Shown one piece after another: positions 1 to 7,795 of a stretch of DNA of 52,824 nucleotides; positions within the stretch are counted from its first letter, which is position 1, and every line of letters begins with the position of its first letter. A model generated the notes under the pieces. It was not told where the DNA came from. It made no database searches and was given only the letters and a program-made list of their open reading frames with translations. Where the stretch lies: IMG/VR virus record IMGVR_UViG_3300003937_000084, positions 1 through 52,824 of that record. The stretch is one strand, 5' to 3'. Both the position numbers and the translations under genes were made by a program. The stretch comes from a virus. Its lineage: Duplodnaviria; Caudoviricetes.

Positions 1-372
1 AAAAGCGTAATGAATAATCTGAGTGAAATACGCAAAGGGATTCTGGGATTTCTCTGGGTTAAAGTTATGTATGTACTGAACACAGTTCTCAATTCCGTCA
101 GAGATCATGTCTTCTTTGAACATGTAGTTGACGAAGTTTGGTTTAAATGATAGATGGTTTGCAATCTTCAAGAAACACTCCCCAATGTAGCGAGGGATGG
201 GAGGTTTAGTGTCCCAACGTGTTCCTCTATCTTGTTTCGTGGGTTCTCTACCATACTTTACCAAGAAAGTTCTTTCAACTTCACTACGATAACTAACGAG
301 AGCAGCAAGCAATTCTTTATTGTTCACATAATGCTCAGATCTTTTTCTTCTGGCCATACCTGGTTGTATCAT
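1..372 (-). CDS. gp55: Late-transcription sigma factor gp55 (5' part; runs off the left edge of the window)
   Basis: Not in the ORF track; manual translation from ATG at 372 gives MIQPGMARRKRSEHYVNNKELLAAL...IPRYIGECFLKIANHLSFKPNFVNYMFKEDMISDGIENCVQYIHNFNPEKSQNPFAYFTQIIHYAF, with the HYVNN, NYMF.EDMI.DG.EN and NPFAYFTQI motifs of gp55; alternative start at 357. Confidence 0.95.
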   Translation of the reverse strand, partial: MIQPGMARRKRSEHYVNNKELLAALVSYRSEVERTFLVKYGREPTKQDRGTRWDTKPPIPRYIGECFLKIANHLSFKPNFVNYMFKEDMISDGIENCVQYIHNFNPEKSQNPFAYFTQIIHYAF

Positions 373-396
373 AAGTTTATCTCATATTATGTATAG

Positions 397-425
397 ATTA
401 TATCATCTTACTGAGAACTTGACAA
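397..425 (-). promoter_or_regulatory. sigma70-type promoter for gp55
   Basis: Minus strand TTGTCA-N17-TATAAT with extended -10 TG, 25 nt upstream of the gp55 ATG. Confidence 0.75.
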
Positions 426-447
426 GGTGTCTAATATTGTGTACAAT
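419..447 (+). promoter_or_regulatory. sigma70-type promoter pointing antisense into the uvsW operon
   Basis: Plus strand TTGACA(419-424)-N17-TACAAT(442-447); its -35 overlaps the -35 of the gp55 promoter. Confidence 0.55.
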
Positions 448-476
448 TACCTTTGTGAGGGTTGATAGGGATTGTA

Positions 477-878
477 TTAGCTACTCTTGAATATCTTTTC
501 TAAGATTTCTTTAACGTCTCTTGTGTTTCCTAGATATCCCATTCTCCTATTAAGTTTAGAATTATTTTCTATATTTCCACCACCTTTATTTGATTTACGT
601 ACATAGTCCTGGTACATCATAATCATTTCAATGTCAGATGATTCAGACATTGTAAGAATATTATCTAAATTTATAATAAACATATCTTCAGTTGTAGTTT
701 TTAGCCAGGGTTCTACGCGATATCCCGTTATTCCCGACTTACCTTTAACTTCAGACACAACGATTGGATTAGACACCAATAACATTGTTCTATTATCTTC
801 ATCAGATGCAGCAACTTTAGCAAAGATTTCTTCACCTGATTTTAATTTAAGTGTACAGTAAAAATCGTCTTCTATCAT
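477..878 (-). CDS. Conserved T4-like phage protein downstream of uvsW (probable Sm-like beta fold)
   Basis: 133 aa, LKLKSGEEIFAKV...PW motif; 4-nt overlap with uvsW; usual position between uvsW and gp55 in cyanomyoviruses. Confidence 0.75.
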   Translation of the reverse strand: MIEDDFYCTLKLKSGEEIFAKVAASDEDNRTMLLVSNPIVVSEVKGKSGITGYRVEPWLKTTTEDMFIINLDNILTMSESSDIEMIMMYQDYVRKSNKGGGNIENNSKLNRRMGYLGNTRDVKEILEKIFKSS

Positions 879-2350
879 ACTTTTAATTGAATAGTGATTA
901 TCTCATAGTTAAAATTTTCTTCATTATACGTCTTGATTCTTTCTATGAAATGATTAAGTGTGTAATTACGTCTTGACTTAGTGGAGCAATCATCGGAGAT
1001 ATCATACAAAGTTGCCTTTACTTTGTCCTTTCCCTTTCTAAGAACTCGTCCAATACTTTGAAGATTACGGACTCTTGATTTACTTGGAGAGGCAAAGATA
1101 ACATTATGGAGTTTTTTAATATTGATACCTGTACTAAAAGTTCCATAAGAAGCAACAATGATAGCGTTGTTTTCTTGTTCGGTTATTTCTCGTACTTGCT
1201 CTCTTTCTTCTGCATCTACTCCACCATGTACAAAAAATACCTTACGGTCTTCACTCTTGTTTTTATTTATCTCATCGTAGAGTATGGCACCATGTGCTTC
1301 AACTCTTGCAAAAAGAACAAGAGTATTTCCCTTAAGATCTAAAGCAAGATTTTTGATGAATCTATTACGTTGTTCGTGACTGATTAAATATTGTATCTCA
1401 TCCTCATATACTTCAAAGTTTTGAGGTGAGTGTTTAAGTACAAGGCATTGAATATCAAGTTGAGAGAGATGTCCTTGTCTCATTAATTCATCAGTTCTTG
1501 TTACTTTATATGATGGTCCAAATAATCCCTCAAGAACCCATTTATGTGTCTGAGTACCATCCAAGGTTCCAGTAAATCCAAAACGATACTTTGCATGATG
1601 AAGCTTTGTCATAATCTGAATTAAAGATTTAGACTTGAATAAATGTGCCTCATCACCTATAATGACACCATACTCCTCAAAGAAAGATCTATCTAATTTA
1701 TAGACAGATTGCCACGTTGTAATCGTTACTGGAGCTTCATTACTTTTCTCTCTACCCGAATAGATACGGTGGCAATATGAATCAGCATCCCAACCATAAT
1801 CAAGAAAATCTTTATACATCTGTTCTACAAGAGATGTCGTTGGAACAACTAAGAGAATTTTTTCCCCTCTCTCAACGTAATATCTTACGAGAGAATAAAT
1901 CATCAACGATTTGCCAGAAGCAGTGGGAGATATCAATAGTTTTCTATTATGCTTTAGGGCACCGTATACTCCCTCAACTTGATACTTCCTGGGAGTATGG
2001 GCACAAATGGAATGCATATAATCCTTGACACCCTCTAACGATATACCATCGTTCTCTTCATATGGGGTGCCATAAAACTTGTTATCTTCAAACCTATAGG
2101 TGTATCCGTAGTTCTTACAGAAAGATACTATCTTATCTAACAGACCAACATAGATCTGTTTAGAACGCATATCATATAAGTGAATTTCTCCGTTCCAATT
2201 CCTACCACGATACTGTGGCATAAATTTTGCATTTGGAACTTCAAACTTAAAATGATCTCTTAACTCATATTCAATATGAGGTTCTGTATTAATTTTTAAA
2301 AATACTTCGTTTGACTTAGATATAACAAGATTGGCTGATGTATCAATCAC
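875..2350 (-). CDS. uvsW: UvsW DNA/RNA-DNA helicase (SF2)
   Basis: Walker A SPTASGKS, DEAH box, GFTGT, TFSTGINIK, QSIGRVLR; 491 aa; follows uvsY. Confidence 0.96.
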   Translation of the reverse strand: MIDTSANLVISKSNEVFLKINTEPHIEYELRDHFKFEVPNAKFMPQYRGRNWNGEIHLYDMRSKQIYVGLLDKIVSFCKNYGYTYRFEDNKFYGTPYEENDGISLEGVKDYMHSICAHTPRKYQVEGVYGALKHNRKLLISPTASGKSLMIYSLVRYYVERGEKILLVVPTTSLVEQMYKDFLDYGWDADSYCHRIYSGREKSNEAPVTITTWQSVYKLDRSFFEEYGVIIGDEAHLFKSKSLIQIMTKLHHAKYRFGFTGTLDGTQTHKWVLEGLFGPSYKVTRTDELMRQGHLSQLDIQCLVLKHSPQNFEVYEDEIQYLISHEQRNRFIKNLALDLKGNTLVLFARVEAHGAILYDEINKNKSEDRKVFFVHGGVDAEEREQVREITEQENNAIIVASYGTFSTGINIKKLHNVIFASPSKSRVRNLQSIGRVLRKGKDKVKATLYDISDDCSTKSRRNYTLNHFIERIKTYNEENFNYEIITIQLKV

Positions 2351-2371
2351 ATAAGTCCATTCATCTGCTAA

Positions 2372-2379
2372 TATTTATT
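2372..2379 (-). promoter_or_regulatory. T4-type late promoter upstream of uvsW
   Basis: AATAAATA on minus strand about 20 nt before the uvsW start. Confidence 0.5.
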
Positions 2380-2587
2380 ACAAATTTTCAAACTTATATT
2401 CTAATATCATTCTATACAACGAATCTCTTAAGTACCAAAGATGTTCTTGTTCCGTTGGATGTCTGGCAGGAGAACCTTCCCAATTTTCAATTCTTTTCAA
2501 AACACAGTGATGTAAGAGACGAATATCCTCTATAGTTAAATTGACTGAGTAGTCATATTCTTGACTTGGCTCGAATTCTTCATCCAT
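2378..2587 (-). CDS. Hypothetical protein (69 aa)
   Basis: Fills the gap between uvsY and uvsW, stop/start coupled to uvsY; helical, LTIEDIRLL...W.GSP.R...EQE.L pattern. Confidence 0.75.
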   Translation of the reverse strand: MDEEFEPSQEYDYSVNLTIEDIRLLHHCVLKRIENWEGSPARHPTEQEHLWYLRDSLYRMILEYKFENL

Positions 2588-3021
2588 TATCCTAGTCCCG
2601 AATTAAACCTCATAAATTCTATTGCGTTTTTGATTTGATAAGTTCTATTAGTTATCTGCTTTAAGATACTTTCAATATAAACAAGCATCGTATCATAGTA
2701 ATCAATCTTTAAACATACTGTAGAGAGTTTGTCGTCTGCATCAAGATACTTTTGCATTGTATCTTTATCCCTAATTTTTTTAGGAAAAGGATTTTTTATG
2801 TATACATCAGGATCAGATTTACCGCTGAAGTATTCATATCTTTCATGTCTTATATTTTTTCTTTGTTGCTCTGCTTTCTTTCTTAGTAGGAAGAGTGTAT
2901 TATAAAGTTCAAAGTATTTTGCATGTAGAGAGGGGATATTTAGTGATTCATCATGTAGATTGTCTCTATCAATTTTTGAATCTGTCTCCCACATCTCTTG
3001 AAGTTTATCAAGATCGATCAT
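2587..3021 (-). CDS. uvsY: UvsY recombination mediator
   Basis: W..DSKID...L..ESL.IP.LHAKY, YL.AD, R.YQIKNAIEFMRF C-terminal motif; located between gp3 and uvsW. Confidence 0.92.
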   Translation of the reverse strand: MIDLDKLQEMWETDSKIDRDNLHDESLNIPSLHAKYFELYNTLFLLRKKAEQQRKNIRHERYEYFSGKSDPDVYIKNPFPKKIRDKDTMQKYLDADDKLSTVCLKIDYYDTMLVYIESILKQITNRTYQIKNAIEFMRFNSGLG

Positions 3022-3587
3022 AAAGAATTATTGTTCAAATCAGTGAGGTTGTATATAGTATACTTGAAAGTTGCTTCTGCTGTAAAGTAATCAATGTCTG
3101 TGTCAGTGGCATCAAACGTAATAGTAGATAACGAAACTGGGAACAAATCTTTAAAGTTTACATTAAACTTTGCCACAAGATTACTACTTAAAACTTGCAA
3201 TGTTCCATCTGAGTAGATGTTATCACCATCTTCATACATTGATCCAACTGCTTCACTTTCCAGATCATTAAATTCTTTTAACGATTCTGGATATCCAAGA
3301 CCACGTATCCAATTCTGAAGTTCCATATAATTTACAAGATCCTCATCAACCAAGAATCTAATATTTAAATCTCCGAATTGAATTTTATCTCCAGGTATAT
3401 CAATATCTTTTAAATATGATGGTTGAGTTGCAACTCCAAGATCTAAAGACGGAATATTAGCTTGGTTGCAAAAGAATGCAGCGCCAGGACTTCTTTTCAA
3501 AGAAAATTTAAATCCTGTTGGTGAAAGAAAATTTCTGTTTTCTAATGGAGTTCCTGTTCTTTCTTTAGCCTTCTTTCTGGTCGCCAT
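3018..3587 (-). CDS. gp3: Tail completion / tube terminator protein gp3
   Basis: NFLSPTGFKF, PGDKI.FGDL...FLVDEDL.NY.E..NW, F.DLFPVSLS...FD motifs; directly downstream of gp23. Confidence 0.9.
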   Translation of the reverse strand: MATRKKAKERTGTPLENRNFLSPTGFKFSLKRSPGAAFFCNQANIPSLDLGVATQPSYLKDIDIPGDKIQFGDLNIRFLVDEDLVNYMELQNWIRGLGYPESLKEFNDLESEAVGSMYEDGDNIYSDGTLQVLSSNLVAKFNVNFKDLFPVSLSTITFDATDTDIDYFTAEATFKYTIYNLTDLNNNSL

Positions 3588-3606
3588 TACTAATACAGTT
3601 TTTTAC

Positions 3607-3614
3607 TATTTATC
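3607..3614 (-). promoter_or_regulatory. T4-type late promoter upstream of gp3
   Basis: GATAAATA on minus strand about 20 nt before the gp3 ATG, just after the gp23 terminator. Confidence 0.55.
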
Positions 3615-3620
3615 CACATA

Positions 3621-3650
3621 ATAAAAAAAGACCCCCCGAAGGAGGTCTTT
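3621..3650 (-). terminator. Rho-independent terminator after gp23
   Basis: Minus strand AAAGACCTCC-TTCG-GGGGGTCTTT followed by a T run; C(UUCG)G tetraloop typical of T4-like phages. Confidence 0.9.
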
Positions 3651-3668
3651 GACTGATTGTGAATCAAA

Positions 3669-5072
3669 TCACATGAGGTTCTTAACTGCAACTCTTCTGT
3701 AGTAGCGGTTGCTGTTAACTCTGAGGCGACCTGCGCCAACGGTGGTTCCTTCAGCGAATGGGTTTGCGACCATGCCGTAGCGGGTCTTAAAGCCAATCTT
3801 GGGCTGGAAGGTGTTCTCTCCAACTGCACGAACCATCTGAAGAGGAACGTATGGGCAGTAGAATAGACCTGCGTCATAAGGTGAAGTACCCTTATAACCA
3901 ACAACGTAATACTGGTTGCCGCCTGCTGCGTTAGCAGAGGTGAGGTTTGCAGAATAAGGATCGATGTATACACGATACTTACCTTGCAGAACACCAGCGA
4001 AGGTGTTACCAGTGTCGTCAACGTTCAGGTTAGCGTTGAGTGCGGGGGTGTAATCAAGTACACCGGCCATGGTGAGTGCGGAAGCAACGTCTGCGGAACA
4101 CAGAATCATGTTGCCCTTTCCTCTACGAGTGCGTTGTGCAATTGCGTTTGCATCGCGCTCGATTTGGAACAGAAGTCCTTTGAACTTCTCAACAGACCAA
4201 CGACCATTGGAGTCGATGTCCAGGTCGAAGATACCAGCAGTAGCGGTGTTAGAAACAGCGCCTTGCTCAGCAACCTTATAGACGGTTCTGATGACTTCAC
4301 GGTTGATCTCAGCCAGGATCTCAGAAGAGAGGATGTTGGCGAGTTCCGCTTCAGCATTCAGACCATGGATTGCCTTAAGGTCTTGTGCCAGTTCTAAAGA
4401 GTACTCTGCTTTCAGTGCTCTGGACTTAGCGGTGACGGTGACTTTCTCGATCGAGAATGCCATTTCGTTGAAGTTGTCACCAGCGGTGCCAAGATCTTCA
4501 GCTTCGTCAGTACGCATGCCCTGACCGACATCATATCCCGTAGAGGATGCTGTGCCAACAGGGTTCAGTGCAGCAGGGTTGCTACCTGATTGTGCGGTAG
4601 TACCCAAACCAGCGGCAACATCGGACATGCCGTTGGTGAGGTCAAATCCTTCGTTCTGACCTGCGAATGCGGTATCTGCTTCGTTGAACAGTGCCTCTGT
4701 ACCAGCCTGAGTGCTGTACTTAGAGCGCATTGCAAAGATCAGTCCGGTAGGACCAGACATTGGTTGAACGCCAGCGAGGTCATAAGCGACCAGGTTAGGC
4801 ATTGAGCGGCGGATCAGGGAGATCAGTACAGGGTCGAAACCTGCAACTGTCTGACCACCAGCGGAAGTATATCCGCCGTTACCAACAGCGTTGGTGGGTT
4901 GCTCAGTAAGCATACCACCGCCCTCGAAGGCGGCTTGCTCTTGAGCGAATTTTTCTTGGTTTTCTAACAGGACTGCGGTTACAGCTCTACGATGGGGATC
5001 AGAGATCTTATCGCATCCCTCATGATTGAGGAGAGGTGCCCACTTTTCCTGCAGATGCTCGGATTGGAACAT
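3669..5072 (-). CDS. gp23: Major capsid protein gp23
   Basis: LLENQE, FDPVLISLIRRSMPNL, GVQPMSGPTGLIFAMRS, AKSRALKAEYSLELAQDLKAIHG, YDAGLFYCPYVPL, FQPKIGFKTRYG. Confidence 0.99.
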   Translation of the reverse strand: MFQSEHLQEKWAPLLNHEGCDKISDPHRRAVTAVLLENQEKFAQEQAAFEGGGMLTEQPTNAVGNGGYTSAGGQTVAGFDPVLISLIRRSMPNLVAYDLAGVQPMSGPTGLIFAMRSKYSTQAGTEALFNEADTAFAGQNEGFDLTNGMSDVAAGLGTTAQSGSNPAALNPVGTASSTGYDVGQGMRTDEAEDLGTAGDNFNEMAFSIEKVTVTAKSRALKAEYSLELAQDLKAIHGLNAEAELANILSSEILAEINREVIRTVYKVAEQGAVSNTATAGIFDLDIDSNGRWSVEKFKGLLFQIERDANAIAQRTRRGKGNMILCSADVASALTMAGVLDYTPALNANLNVDDTGNTFAGVLQGKYRVYIDPYSANLTSANAAGGNQYYVVGYKGTSPYDAGLFYCPYVPLQMVRAVGENTFQPKIGFKTRYGMVANPFAEGTTVGAGRLRVNSNRYYRRVAVKNLM

Positions 5073-5113
5073 TTGCTTTTCCTTTAAAGTTTAGGGGTTT
5101 GAGTTTAATATAT

Positions 5114-6247
5114 TCAGTTTGCTAAGGTCGAACCCAGCATTTTCAGGTATGCAGCCATCTGACCTGAGTGTTGCTCACCAGGTGCTGCGTTGTCTACACC
5201 CTCAGAAAGGGTTTCGGTTTTAGCAGCTGCAGACTCTTTCTTAGAGTTGAAATACGACTCTTTAAGAGTATTCAGCTTTTCACGATATGTTTCCTCACTT
5301 TCAAACTCTACACTCTCGGCAAGTGAAGCGAGCTTCTCCTTTTGGGTCTGTGCAAGACCTTCAGATACTTGATCTAGAACTCCATCAGCAACCGACTCAG
5401 AAAGACGGGAGTTGAGTGAAATATTTTTCTCGATTTGCTCGTTGAGTTTTGTCTCCATGTCATCAAGTTTTTCTACCATGCTCTCAAGAACATCATACTT
5501 CTCTTCAGGGATTTGTACATAATGTTCTTCAAATAGACCCTTCATTCCTTTCAGGAAAGATTCGGTCATTTCAGTCTTGAGTGCATGCTCAATAACAAGT
5601 GCGTTCTCAGTGAACCACTCGTCTGAAACATACTCTAGATAGGAATCAACTCGCTCTGCGAGTTCTCCTTTTGCTTCAGCAACTTCTTCATCCAGTTTCG
5701 CATTATATTGCGATTCCAGAACTTCGGTTACTTCAGCAATCTTGGACTTAAGTGCGGCCTCGAAAATTGTTCTAGCCTTCTCTTTGAATTCTTCAGAGAG
5801 ATCTTCACCGCCAAGAAGTGCATTGACATCTTCTTCGATGTCAATTTCAGTCAGTTGAGGTGCCTCGGCATAAGTTGCCTCGTCCTCTTCTACTACTTCT
5901 TCTTCTGTTGCTTCTTCTTCAGATACTACCTCGTCTACGATCTCTTGATCTTCTTCGATAGTTTCTTCGGTTTCCAGGTCCTCTTCCTCCTTCATGCCCT
6001 TCATAGGCTCAGCAGGTTTTGCACCTTTGTTTACTACATCCTTAACACCCTTAAGAGTAGAACCAGGAGTCTTCAGCTTTGCCGAATCATCGTCTGGTTT
6101 GTAATTCTCGGGAGAAGGACCCCCAAGATCTTCGTAAGGAGTGGCGATGGAAGTATCCATCCCCTCTGCTGGTTTCGCTCCGGCATTGACAGCAGTCTTG
6201 GATTGCTTTGTGCCTACTTCCATTTCTTGTAAATCTCCACGAGACAT
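5114..6247 (-). CDS. gp22: Prohead core scaffold protein gp22
   Basis: Very acidic coiled-coil, LSEEFKEKARTIFEAAL, VDSYLEYV..EW..EN; between gp21 and gp23. Confidence 0.93.
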   Translation of the reverse strand: MSRGDLQEMEVGTKQSKTAVNAGAKPAEGMDTSIATPYEDLGGPSPENYKPDDDSAKLKTPGSTLKGVKDVVNKGAKPAEPMKGMKEEEDLETEETIEEDQEIVDEVVSEEEATEEEVVEEDEATYAEAPQLTEIDIEEDVNALLGGEDLSEEFKEKARTIFEAALKSKIAEVTEVLESQYNAKLDEEVAEAKGELAERVDSYLEYVSDEWFTENALVIEHALKTEMTESFLKGMKGLFEEHYVQIPEEKYDVLESMVEKLDDMETKLNEQIEKNISLNSRLSESVADGVLDQVSEGLAQTQKEKLASLAESVEFESEETYREKLNTLKESYFNSKKESAAAKTETLSEGVDNAAPGEQHSGQMAAYLKMLGSTLAN

Positions 6248-6283
6248 GTGAACGCTCCGATTATCCTGGATAAAATCTATATT

Positions 6284-6291
6284 TATTTATA
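6284..6291 (-). promoter_or_regulatory. T4 late promoter for gp22-gp23
   Basis: Perfect TATAAATA on minus strand upstream of gp22. Confidence 0.75.
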
Positions 6292-6315
6292 AATAATAAT
6301 ATTTTATGTATCAGA

Positions 6316-6969
6316 TTAGATACTATTAAGAAAATCATTGAACAAATTCAGTTTTTGTTCGTCTAATTTTCTTTCAGCTGTAAGTTTATTAATAGAAATT
6401 CTAGTTTCTTCTGCTTTTCTTTCACGCAGAAGACTTCCTTCCCAAACCCATTCTTTACCTTCCATAATACCCTCAACAAATGCATCGGGAGCAGAAGGAT
6501 CGGCAACAATATCAGCAGCTGTTGCTAACATAAAGTCGTCACCGACAATATTAACACCCTCACGGGTCTGCTTTAATGATCCAATACCACGAGAAGAAAC
6601 ACCGAGTTTTACGCCTTCATCAATAAGTGAAGATGCAATATTACCCATTGGGGTATTGAGAATTTTTGCTTTACCAATAAAATTAGAACCGTGCTCTCTT
6701 AAAGAGACGATTTTATGAGAAACTCTATCAAGATTAACGGTAGGACCGTCTGGATGACCAAGTTCGCCAAGTGCTCTTCCTGATACAATATTACTTTCAT
6801 TGTAACGAGAAACTTCCTTGCGAAGAGTTTCCATAGGATACATACGACCATTACGGTTTTTGATGTTACCCTGAAGGAAAACTCCCTCAATGTACATAGA
6901 TTTCTTGCCAGACTTTGTAGTCTCTACAAGAAACTTGACTGATTCGATCTCTTCTCTAATAAGTTTCAT
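6316..6969 (-). CDS. gp21: Prohead protease gp21
   Basis: NRNGRMYP, ALGELGHP (catalytic His), GVSSRG.GS (catalytic Ser), DIVADPSAPDAFV. Confidence 0.97.
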   Translation of the reverse strand: MKLIREEIESVKFLVETTKSGKKSMYIEGVFLQGNIKNRNGRMYPMETLRKEVSRYNESNIVSGRALGELGHPDGPTVNLDRVSHKIVSLREHGSNFIGKAKILNTPMGNIASSLIDEGVKLGVSSRGIGSLKQTREGVNIVGDDFMLATAADIVADPSAPDAFVEGIMEGKEWVWEGSLLRERKAEETRISINKLTAERKLDEQKLNLFNDFLNSI

Positions 6970-7535
6970 CAGGATGGTCCTCCAGCAGATTGAATTTGTT
7001 GATAATGAAGAGTTCCAGTTCCATCACCATAAGCAGCGACCATAAATGATCCTCTTAGTTCTGCATACGATGTAGATAGAAGTGCGGCAGGGTTTCCTGC
7101 AGATGAATTGTGATCAACCACGATTCTTGTGCCATGATAACCATCTTTACCAGCGGTATTATCAACGGTCTTTACAATCTTATGAGTGAAATTATAATCA
7201 GTCTGACCAGTTACAGTAAGACTAACAGCATCACCAACTCCAAATGGAGATCCAGTTCCTTCAGCAAAATCAATAGTTGTTGTTGCTCCGGTTGTGATAC
7301 CAGACACTCTATTTGATTGAGGTTTTCCAAGACTAATTATCTCCGATTCACCAGTGTGAACAAAGTAATTAGTTACTGCAGCAGTTGGAAGAGTTCCAAT
7401 GGCGACATGTGCTCCGGCACCTTTTGCCACAACTCTTAGGTATTCTGACTGGTGTACGGTTTGGTCAACACCCCTCCTATTAGCTCCACTAGCAATAGGT
7501 AAGGCGGAATTAATTCCTACTGGGTTATGCGCCAT
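6969..7535 (-). CDS. Hypothetical, probably virion structural protein (188 aa)
   Basis: Gly/Thr-rich beta-type sequence inside the head operon, preceded by its own TATAAATA and coupled to gp21. Confidence 0.7.
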   Translation of the reverse strand: MAHNPVGINSALPIASGANRRGVDQTVHQSEYLRVVAKGAGAHVAIGTLPTAAVTNYFVHTGESEIISLGKPQSNRVSGITTGATTTIDFAEGTGSPFGVGDAVSLTVTGQTDYNFTHKIVKTVDNTAGKDGYHGTRIVVDHNSSAGNPAALLSTSYAELRGSFMVAAYGDGTGTLHYQQIQSAGGPS

Positions 7536-7559
7536 TATCCTTAAAGTTCATTTAACAGT

Positions 7560-7567
7560 TATTTATA
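7560..7567 (-). promoter_or_regulatory. T4 late promoter
   Basis: Perfect TATAAATA on minus strand about 25 nt upstream of the 188-aa ORF. Confidence 0.7.
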
Positions 7568-7568
7568 A

Positions 7569-7760
7569 TCACTCTTCGTCAGGAGTGATATCCTCTTCTA
7601 CATCATCTACAGATTCTTCAGTACCAAACATTGAATCTGATACCGAAGGACGGTATGCATCAATTTTTTCTGCAGATTTTGCAAATAGAAGTTCTTTAAT
7701 TTTGTCACTGACTTGAGAGGGTGACTCATCAGTTGTGATCATATCTAAAAGGTCATCCAT
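7569..7760 (-). CDS. Small acidic protein, positional analogue of prohead core proteins gp67/gp68
   Basis: 63 aa with acidic tail, between portal and protease, where T4 has gp67/gp68; homology not established. Confidence 0.65.
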   Translation of the reverse strand: MDDLLDMITTDESPSQVSDKIKELLFAKSAEKIDAYRPSVSDSMFGTEESVDDVEEDITPDEE

Positions 7761-7787
7761 TTAAGTGTATTATATACGACTAATGAG

Positions 7788-7795
7788 TATTTATA
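7788..7795 (-). promoter_or_regulatory. T4 late promoter
   Basis: Perfect TATAAATA overlapping the gp20 stop codon, upstream of the 63-aa ORF. Confidence 0.65.

Noticed and set aside
154-396. + strand 80-aa ORF
   Set aside because: Antisense shadow of gp55, which the ORF track missed because it runs off the window
3590-4021. 143-aa same-strand +1-frame ORF overlapping the gp23 3' end (possible frameshift-extended capsid protein)
   Set aside because: No clear slippery site, it runs through the strong UUCG terminator, and biased codon usage in gp23 readily leaves alternative frames open
5708-6232. + strand Phe-rich 174-aa ORF resembling a membrane protein
   Set aside because: Reverse complement of the GAA-rich acidic region of gp22
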